Virus record (IMG/VR): IMGVR_UViG_3300032234_000723
Location: 1 to 32,116 of that record
Origin: a virus
Lineage: Duplodnaviria; Caudoviricetes
DNA: 32,116 nucleotides
Reading direction: 5' to 3' (one strand)
The notes beneath the pieces were generated by a model. It searched no databases. It worked only from the letters and a program-made list of their open reading frames with translations, and was not told the origin of the DNA. Below are positions 25,298-32,116 of the stretch, piece by piece; position 1 is the first letter of the stretch, and each line of letters begins with the position of its first letter. A program made the translations under genes and the position numbers.

Positions 25298-25594
25298 ATG
25301 GGACTATACAACATGCTAACAACTCAAGGTTCTACTTTGACAGCTTATAACGGAACAACTCCACCAGTTAACCCACTTGCAACACAGCAATCAAAATTAC
25401 ATGCTGATGGAAATGCACCTGGTTACTCATTGGATGGAACACAAGCTACATTGGTAACAAACCAATATAATGCTTATTTAGATGGTGTAGGAAATCAAAT
25501 TCCTCAACCTTCATTATTGGATACTAACGGAGCTATCCCATCTTCAACACCAGGTGGACAAGCATTACCATACTTAAATAATTTACCTCAATAA
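25298..25594 (+). CDS. Small hypothetical tail/baseplate-associated protein (98 aa)
   Basis: Intact ORF between tape measure and baseplate genes with its own motif; T/P/G/N/Q rich. Confidence 0.6.
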   Translation: MGLYNMLTTQGSTLTAYNGTTPPVNPLATQQSKLHADGNAPGYSLDGTQATLVTNQYNAYLDGVGNQIPQPSLLDTNGAIPSSTPGGQALPYLNNLPQ

Positions 25595-25603
25595 ATAAAT
25601 TAA

Positions 25604-27361
25604 ATGGGTCTTTTAATCAAATTAAAGAATGGGGATACCCAACTAAAATCACTTAAATTTGATAATGGAAGCAATCAACCCTACATTCAAAAAGATATAA
25701 ATAACCAGGATTCTCAAAATCCTGCATATTATACTGATTTTATTTTAAGAGGTGGAATCTCAGCACCCTTGGCGGCTGCTGAGGATGTTACTCGTTTAAC
25801 TAAATATTTTACAGATACTAAAAACCCTAATGGGGCTCTTTTTATTGCTAAACAAAATATTTTATCTAAAACAGGAGTAAAAACAGAGGCAACAAATGGA
25901 TCTGCTTATTTAGGAAGTGCTGTAAATGAAGGATATTATACTCCTTTATCTACATTAGCTGAAGCTGGTGTTGGATTTTTAGGTACCCACGTAAATAAAC
26001 AAGGTGGATTATTTCCTTCAACATCAATTAAAAAATATCAAGATGTTATCATTGAAAATTTATCAATTGATAATGTTTATTTAGATAGATTAGTAGCCCT
26101 TCAATCACAAATTAATAGACCATCTTTTGATGGAGTTACTAAATATAATCTTAACCCAAATGTATCCACCCTAATCCAATATTCAGGTGGACCAGATTCA
26201 ATAGCAGGAGTTGGTTTTACTAATATTAGATTTGCTACAAATAATGATGGAAATATTTTAAAAGTATTAGATAATTCACCATCATCAACTACCGATTCAA
26301 ATTCACGTTTTAAAACTTGGGGTTCTAAAGAATTTAATGACCCCCTAAAAACTCAATCCAACCCTGATAGTCTTATTACAGAAGACTTTAGAAAAATATT
26401 AACCCCTGAACAGGCATATCAAAATTCTTTTTTAAGTAAATCTCCTGATTATGTAAAGAAAAATATTGAAGATAATTTAGGTTTAAGTAATCCGGGAAGC
26501 CGATTAAGAGATAGATCAAATTATTCAAAAGGAAGTGTATATAATGGAGTATCAACCCCTTTAGATAAAGTAAATGCTTCATACATTTATAAAAATGCTG
26601 TTGATGAAGGTTCAAAATATGGTAAAGATCCAAATTTAAACGACCTAATCCCCTTTAGTATTGCTATTTTAAATAATGAACTTCAAGTAGGAGGACCATA
26701 TAAAAAATACATGCATTTTAGAGCATTTATTGATGGGATATCTGATTCATATAATGCTGATTGGAATGCTATTAATTATATGGGTCGTGCTGAAAAATTT
26801 TATAAATATAAAGGATTTGATAGAAAAATATCAATGAATTTTACTGTTGCTGCTCAATCAAAACAAGAGATTACAGCAATGTATGATAAATTAAATTTCC
26901 TTGCCTCCTCACTTTCTCCTGAGTATCTTGATACAGTAACATCAGGATATATGGCTGGAAATATAGCATACATAACATTAGGAGGATACATAAACGACCA
27001 ACCAGGTATAATTACATCATTAGATTATACTATACCTGAGGAATCACCTTGGGAAATTGCTATAGATGAAAATGGAACCCCAGCAAATGTTGAGGATGTT
27101 AGACAACTTCCTCATATTATGAGAGTTTCTCTTAACTTTACCCCAATTCATAAATTTAGACCAGAAAAACAATCATTTAAAAATGATACATTAGGTACTG
27201 ATAGTACAAGATTATTAGAACCAGGAAGACAAAAATATATTGATCAATTACGCCCTACAGTTTCTGATTATGATAAATCCGGTCAATATGCTAATCAACA
27301 AACTCTTACCCCAACTAATACTCCAATACAATCCCTCCAATCAACTAATGATTTAGCATAA
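25604..27361 (+). CDS. Baseplate / tail tube initiator-like protein (585 aa)
   Basis: C-terminal tube-fold-like region FRAFIDGISDSYNADW...YMGRAEKFYKYKGFDRKISMNF...ITLGGYI..QPGIITSL..PWEI...LPH; position after the tape measure. Confidence 0.65.
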   Translation: MGLLIKLKNGDTQLKSLKFDNGSNQPYIQKDINNQDSQNPAYYTDFILRGGISAPLAAAEDVTRLTKYFTDTKNPNGALFIAKQNILSKTGVKTEATNGSAYLGSAVNEGYYTPLSTLAEAGVGFLGTHVNKQGGLFPSTSIKKYQDVIIENLSIDNVYLDRLVALQSQINRPSFDGVTKYNLNPNVSTLIQYSGGPDSIAGVGFTNIRFATNNDGNILKVLDNSPSSTTDSNSRFKTWGSKEFNDPLKTQSNPDSLITEDFRKILTPEQAYQNSFLSKSPDYVKKNIEDNLGLSNPGSRLRDRSNYSKGSVYNGVSTPLDKVNASYIYKNAVDEGSKYGKDPNLNDLIPFSIAILNNELQVGGPYKKYMHFRAFIDGISDSYNADWNAINYMGRAEKFYKYKGFDRKISMNFTVAAQSKQEITAMYDKLNFLASSLSPEYLDTVTSGYMAGNIAYITLGGYINDQPGIITSLDYTIPEESPWEIAIDENGTPANVEDVRQLPHIMRVSLNFTPIHKFRPEKQSFKNDTLGTDSTRLLEPGRQKYIDQLRPTVSDYDKSGQYANQQTLTPTNTPIQSLQSTNDLA

Positions 27362-27363
27362 TA

Positions 27364-27678
27364 ATGGCAAGATATAATAACATCCCAGTAGTTACAACCA
27401 CAACAGATACTAATAGAAGATATACTGTTGTGAAATATCCTTCAATCCCTCGTGGAGAATCAGATATTTATGTGTATACTACGAAAGGTGATAGATTTGA
27501 TATTTTAGCTTTGAATTATTATGGTGATTCTTCCCTTTGGTGGATTATTAATAGAGCAAACCCAGGACAAAGTTCAGACTCAATTTATCCATCTATAGGA
27601 GCACAAATTAGAATACCGTCACCTCAACGAATATCAACTATATTATCACAATATAGTGCATTAAATGGTACAATATAG
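27364..27678 (+). CDS. LysM-domain baseplate protein (P2 gpX / T4 gp53-like, 104 aa)
   Basis: YTTKGDRFDILALNYYGDSSLWWIINRAN...GAQIRIP. Confidence 0.85.
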   Translation: MARYNNIPVVTTTTDTNRRYTVVKYPSIPRGESDIYVYTTKGDRFDILALNYYGDSSLWWIINRANPGQSSDSIYPSIGAQIRIPSPQRISTILSQYSALNGTI

Positions 27679-27680
27679 TT

Positions 27681-30600
27681 ATGGGAAATATAATAGGACA
27701 ACCTTTAGATGGGTATGTAGCTAAACAAATTGAAGCTAGACAAAAACTTCATGGAAGTGGAGTTAGAATTAAAGAAAATATAAGAACTGAAGATCAACTT
27801 AATATTATTAATTCTAATACATCTTGGATTAAATTAGCTTCTGGGGTTTCTATTAGTGATGAAGAGAGATTAAAAGAACTAGGATTCACAACTCCAGAAA
27901 GAGCTAATCTTTTAGGAAGAGGATTAGCCCAAAAATACGTTCTATTTAACGGAACCTCAGAATATGATAATGGGGTATTAACACAAAGACAAGGTTTTAG
28001 ACCCTCTAATTTTGAATCTGTTGATGCCGGAGGTGCTATAGTTCGAGATAATGAAGATAGTTCATATATCTACAGTAGATACCGCAATGCTGGTAATGAA
28101 ACACATGGATCCGACTCAGGATATAACCCCATGCCAGGTATTATTAATATGGAGGTTAAAGCCTTAAACCGTGGTTCATTAGAAAAAGCATTTGTTAAAA
28201 TTAAAGCCCAAAATAGACAACAACTTGATATTTTAGATACATTATATATGCGTTTAGGATATACTGTTCTACTTGAATGGGGAAATACTTTATATACTAC
28301 CGATGGGGGAGATAAACAAGTTGTTCGTAATACTATTATTGAAGATAAATTTTTTGAACTTGAAGGAAATAGATCTTATTTAGATTTTATAGGTGGATCA
28401 AATAACCCATTAATTAAATCATATAAAAGAAAATATAATGGGAATTATGATGGGATGTTAGCAGTAATATCTAATTTTAATTGGACATTCAATAATGATG
28501 GTTCATATGATATTGATTTAACTTTAATCAGTTTGGGTGATGTTATTGAATCTTTAAAATCTAATATATCTATTGATAAAAGCTTAATCAATTACATCAA
28601 TAATTATGCTCCAGCCAATCCCGAAGATATTACTGAGGATCCAATAGAAGTAAATAAAGATGCAAGTATTATCCATTCAATGTTATGGTTATTTAAGCGA
28701 TTTGGTCCCAACCAAAGAAAAATTACCATTGTAAATACCTTTGATACAACCCCCGTTACTGTAGGACACTTTTTAAAAAACGGAGATGAAGAATTAACCA
28801 CCTATACTAAAACATATCATTTTAAATACCCAAAAGAAATAATAAATGGGAAAATGATATATACAGAATTTGATGAAACCTTCACCGGCGAATACCCAGA
28901 TAAACAAGCTGATCAACGACTTAACAAATTATGGAGAACATTTGAACATCAATCATATGATGCAGAAATCCAACAATCTGGTAAAAGACATTATATTCTT
29001 TCTACTAGAGGAGATTATGAATGGACTGTTATTTCTAGAGTAGTTAATACTGTTTCTAATCCAATAGATGATGCCCCATTTAATACTGCATTCCAATTAG
29101 AAACTGAAAAAAGCCATTATTATTTAAAATTCCATTATTTATTAGAATTTATTCGTGAACGAATAATTCCATTAATAAAAGCAGATGATGGAGATGCTCC
29201 TATTTTTGATATTGATTTAGGACAATGGACTAATAAAATGTATTCAATCCCAAACCAAATATCATTAGATCCAAGAGTATGTTTAGTTAGAAATGATAAT
29301 TTTTTAAAATGGGATGGTAATATTTCTACAGTAATGAATGAAATAGAACTATTTAGAGCTATAGATGATAGTGCACGAAATGGATCTACTAATTATAATT
29401 TAGCATATCCTTTAAATATATATTTAAATTTTGAATTTATTCTTAAATCTCTCTCAGCTAACCAAAATGATAGAGGAGATGTTAACATATATGGATTTAT
29501 TTCTTCCATATGTACAGGATTAAACAAAGCATTGGGCGGAATAAATAACCTTGAACCAGTTATTGATAAAGATACTAATACATTAACTATAATTGATTCC
29601 ACTCCTATACCTGGTGTGAGTTGCCCTGAAGATGATTCATATCTACTAATGTTATATGGGTATAAGGGAACTAATCGCGACCCATCTTCAACAGAATTTA
29701 CTAAATATGAATCCAACTTCATTAGAGATATTAACCTAAAAACCACCATATCCCCAGATTATGCTACTATGGTTACTGTAGGAGCAACAGCTAATGGATA
29801 CGTTAAAGGAACAGAAGCTACAGCATTCTCCGTATGGAATAGAGGTATAGTTGATAGATTCAAAAAAGAATTAATCCCATCAAACCCCTCATCCCAATCT
29901 ACATCAGGAAGTAATAATAGTAGTGATGAAGCTGCTACTAATTATGTAAGTGAATTTTTAACCAAAACATCTCAATGTTATGGATTTAGTTCTTTTAGAG
30001 ATTCCTTCCTATCTGGTGATTTAGGAGATTTAAACGATGATATAATCGAAAAAAATCTATCTATTGTATCTGAATTTTATAAATACATTTTTGCTAAAGA
30101 AGGACAAAAAACCCAACAAGCCGGAACTATTGGTTTTATTCCATTTAAATTAAGTATTACAATGGATGGTATCTCGGGTATTAAAATATATAATAAATTA
30201 AACATAGATTCCTCTTTCTTACCTATAAGATATGGAAAAACTTTAAACTTTATTATTACTGGAGTAAACCATAGATTACAAAATAATGATTGGGAAACAA
30301 CATTAGAAACAATTGTAATGCCTAAAACTAGTAAAATAGATGTATTAGATATTAATATAAAAGCTATTGCTAAAGCTATTACAACTGCTAATGAAATTTC
30401 TGAAGTTGGTGGACCTATTGTTGGAGGAAATGATGCTGATTTTTGGTCTTTATTAGTAGTTACATCTTTAGAATCTGGAACTCCTCAAGGTCGAGCAGAT
30501 GTTGCTCAATCTATATATAATAGAGTAGGATCTGGGGTATATAAATCAACTCTTAAAGGAGTAGTTACTCAAAGAGGTCAATATGCTGTAGCATTTGATA

Positions 30601-30974
30601 AAGCTAAAGGTGATGGTTCAATTGCCCAAGTTTATAAAAATATAAAAGATGAAACAACAGCCATAGCCGCTTATAGATATACTAAAGGAGGAAATGTTGA
30701 TGATGCAAAAGCCCAAATAAAAGCTACATATCAAGCATTAACAAATCTTGTTCTTCAAGGAAGTGCTAGAAATTTTATCCAAGGAAGACCTGATTTTCTT
30801 GCCCAATCCCAAGGAAAACCTGCAGAAAGAAATGCAGCAGTCCCATCTAGAAAAGCTATTCAACGAAATTCTGGAGCTAATGTGTTTGGATGGAATAATT
30901 TATATAAAAAAAATATAACATATGATGTCCCACTTATAATAATGTTAGCAAATTATAAAGCTTATTTTTTATAA
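27681..30974 (+). CDS. Baseplate hub-like protein with C-terminal SleB/Hydrolase_2-like cell-wall hydrolase domain (1097 aa)
   Basis: PMPGI...RGSL.KA.VKI, LYMRLGYTVLLEWG, GNYDGML, FNWTFN.DGSYD, LSITMDGISG...FIITGVNH...WETTLET (hub-like); then SLES...GRADVAQSIYNRV...TLKGVVTQRGQY. Confidence 0.7.
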   Translation: MGNIIGQPLDGYVAKQIEARQKLHGSGVRIKENIRTEDQLNIINSNTSWIKLASGVSISDEERLKELGFTTPERANLLGRGLAQKYVLFNGTSEYDNGVLTQRQGFRPSNFESVDAGGAIVRDNEDSSYIYSRYRNAGNETHGSDSGYNPMPGIINMEVKALNRGSLEKAFVKIKAQNRQQLDILDTLYMRLGYTVLLEWGNTLYTTDGGDKQVVRNTIIEDKFFELEGNRSYLDFIGGSNNPLIKSYKRKYNGNYDGMLAVISNFNWTFNNDGSYDIDLTLISLGDVIESLKSNISIDKSLINYINNYAPANPEDITEDPIEVNKDASIIHSMLWLFKRFGPNQRKITIVNTFDTTPVTVGHFLKNGDEELTTYTKTYHFKYPKEIINGKMIYTEFDETFTGEYPDKQADQRLNKLWRTFEHQSYDAEIQQSGKRHYILSTRGDYEWTVISRVVNTVSNPIDDAPFNTAFQLETEKSHYYLKFHYLLEFIRERIIPLIKADDGDAPIFDIDLGQWTNKMYSIPNQISLDPRVCLVRNDNFLKWDGNISTVMNEIELFRAIDDSARNGSTNYNLAYPLNIYLNFEFILKSLSANQNDRGDVNIYGFISSICTGLNKALGGINNLEPVIDKDTNTLTIIDSTPIPGVSCPEDDSYLLMLYGYKGTNRDPSSTEFTKYESNFIRDINLKTTISPDYATMVTVGATANGYVKGTEATAFSVWNRGIVDRFKKELIPSNPSSQSTSGSNNSSDEAATNYVSEFLTKTSQCYGFSSFRDSFLSGDLGDLNDDIIEKNLSIVSEFYKYIFAKEGQKTQQAGTIGFIPFKLSITMDGISGIKIYNKLNIDSSFLPIRYGKTLNFIITGVNHRLQNNDWETTLETIVMPKTSKIDVLDINIKAIAKAITTANEISEVGGPIVGGNDADFWSLLVVTSLESGTPQGRADVAQSIYNRVGSGVYKSTLKGVVTQRGQYAVAFDKAKGDGSIAQVYKNIKDETTAIAAYRYTKGGNVDDAKAQIKATYQALTNLVLQGSARNFIQGRPDFLAQSQGKPAERNAAVPSRKAIQRNSGANVFGWNNLYKKNITYDVPLIIMLANYKAYFL

Positions 30975-30977
30975 AAA

Positions 30978-31571
30978 ATGTATTACCCAAAATCTCAAAT
31001 AAAACCTAATTTATTCACCAATGGTGGAGAATATATTCTTTCAACTACAAAAGAAGAATATAAAGGATATTACTATAAAGTTTCAACAGGTTTACTATAT
31101 ACTGGAAAAAACCCAACAGAACCCCAATCAATTCTTTTAGAACCTCTAACCAACATAAATTTTACTACCCCAAAGACATTCCTACAAAATCAACCAACTC
31201 AAATATTACCCTCAACTACCCAACCATCACCTTCTTTACCTACTAGAAACCTACCCCAATTTAACCCAAACCTCCCCAATACTCAGGAACAACAAAATGG
31301 TCAATTTACAAGATATTTTTGTAAACGAAACAATGAGTTAAAATATATGGAGATTAACTTAGACACATATACCCAATTATCTACCAAAGACCAACAAATT
31401 GCTTGGGACTTATATACTCCGGCTTCTGTGTTATGGCAAATCCAAGGTAATAAAAATACAGTATACGCATCAAACCAATCATCTGTTTATTTATTAGAAA
31501 AAACTCAAACATGGTATGGTTTTTCTCAATACTTTAAAGGCGATTTCTTAAAATATTACTTGGGATCCTAA
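30978..31571 (+). CDS. Hypothetical phage protein (197 aa) with a Pro/Thr/Gln linker
   Basis: MYYPKSQIKPNLFTNGGEY...YKGYY...YTGKNP N-domain, low-complexity linker, FTRYFCKRNN...EI C-domain. Confidence 0.65.
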   Translation: MYYPKSQIKPNLFTNGGEYILSTTKEEYKGYYYKVSTGLLYTGKNPTEPQSILLEPLTNINFTTPKTFLQNQPTQILPSTTQPSPSLPTRNLPQFNPNLPNTQEQQNGQFTRYFCKRNNELKYMEINLDTYTQLSTKDQQIAWDLYTPASVLWQIQGNKNTVYASNQSSVYLLEKTQTWYGFSQYFKGDFLKYYLGS

Positions 31572-31590
31572 AATATAGTTTGTATCTTTA
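31559..31590 (+). promoter_or_regulatory. Bacteroidota-type promoter CTTG-N20-TATCTTTA
   Basis: Same geometry as 10242 and 19431; shares CCTAAAATAT in the spacer with the 10242 copy; 4 nt separate it from ATG 31595. Confidence 0.65.
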
Positions 31591-31594
31591 AAGC

Positions 31595-32116
31595 ATGTAT
31601 TGGCTTATAGAAGATATTAATCATATAGAAACAATTTGTCGCATTAAGTACGAGTCTGCTTATGTTGATGTGATTCCTTGTTCCCATAATTTACACCCAA
31701 TTGAAAACAGTGTATGTGCTTTATATTTTCGATTTGAAAGAGATGACAAAGGATACATTATTCCTATTAACCATAGCGAAACAATAAATTTTGAGTTAGA
31801 GGAAGTAGAAAAAGTATTAAACAGTATAGGAAAAATATTTGTAAGAGATAGAAAAGAATTTTTACATTATTTCCCTATAAAGCACTGTTACCAACCATCA
31901 CCCTCCCCCCATACGTATATACCTCAATTAACACAAGCTCACACGCAGTTATACAATAGGTATCCGGAGATACAAAATCTAAACACAATTGTACCGATCG
32001 TAAAACACTATGAGGTATGTGAACAAAACTACGTTAATTTTAGTGGTTTAAACCAAAACCCGTTTTACAATAAGGCGGCATTGGTGTTTAATCAACTAGA
32101 ACGAGCGGGTATAAAA
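31595..32116 (+). CDS. N-terminus of a probable family A DNA polymerase-like protein (3'-truncated; absent from the ORF track)
   Basis: ATG 31595 open to the window end (174 codons): MYWLIED...KGYIIPINHSE...VPIVKHYE...VFNQLERAGIK, the last segment resembling the PolA L..ME..GI motif. Catalytic motifs would lie outside the window. Confidence 0.55.
   Translation, partial: MYWLIEDINHIETICRIKYESAYVDVIPCSHNLHPIENSVCALYFRFERDDKGYIIPINHSETINFELEEVEKVLNSIGKIFVRDRKEFLHYFPIKHCYQPSPSPHTYIPQLTQAHTQLYNRYPEIQNLNTIVPIVKHYEVCEQNYVNFSGLNQNPFYNKAALVFNQLERAGIK

Noticed and set aside
2592-29749. Remaining short minus-strand and nested ORFs in the track (e.g. 2592-3035, 8584-8814, 14153-14392, 21452-21766, 24747-25037, 29393-29749)
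   Set aside because: All lie within long, motif-supported + strand genes and show no recognisable protein features.
15341-30974. Bacterial extracellular contractile injection system (eCIS/tailocin) rather than phage, given two sheath genes
   Set aside because: No Afp15-like ATPase or cap gene is visible; the gp26/gp51-like chaperones, phage-style late motif, giant fibres and adjacent polymerase-like gene fit a large phage better. Capsid genes are not in the window, so this is not formally excluded.
31141-31285. Strongly G-depleted, C-rich stretch
   Set aside because: Explained by a Pro/Thr/Gln/Asn low-complexity linker in the 197-aa ORF; no repeat or secondary structure pattern seen.
1-32116. 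Stop-codon reassignment as seen in some large Bacteroidota phages
   Set aside because: Genes are long and tightly packed under the standard code, and both TGA (5457, 18854, 22603) and TAG (27678) end genes at natural boundaries.

Overview
AT-rich (roughly one-third GC, estimated by eye) segment of a large contractile-tailed (myovirus-like) phage, all real genes on the + strand, standard genetic code, no Shine-Dalgarno sites. The host is most likely in Bacteroidota. 1-15 kb: adsorption/fibre genes (5'-truncated giant collagen-like fibre, three LamG-type lectin paralogs, a second short-collagen fibre, an HxEG beta-roll fibre) interrupted by a two-gene enzyme cassette (beta-propeller glycosidase-like + FkbM methyltransferase + radical SAM/SPASM fusion, then a TPR protein). 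15-31.6 kb: tail module (two tandem sheath paralogs, tube, gp26/gp51-like chaperone pair probably joined by a +1 frameshift, tape measure, tube-initiator-like, LysM, hub with a C-terminal SleB-like hydrolase), then the start of a family A DNA polymerase-like gene. The most striking element is a signal-peptide-bearing type IX secretion (T9SS, type B C-terminal domain) cargo gene inside the tail operon. It sits behind a terminator and has its own host-type promoter. Two promoter classes are visible: an ATATTTATAATA motif before structural genes, and a Bacteroidota-type (T/C)TTG-N20-TAnnTT element starting exactly 36 nt before the ATG of three non-structural genes. All family assignments come from motif recognition by eye; no searches were run.
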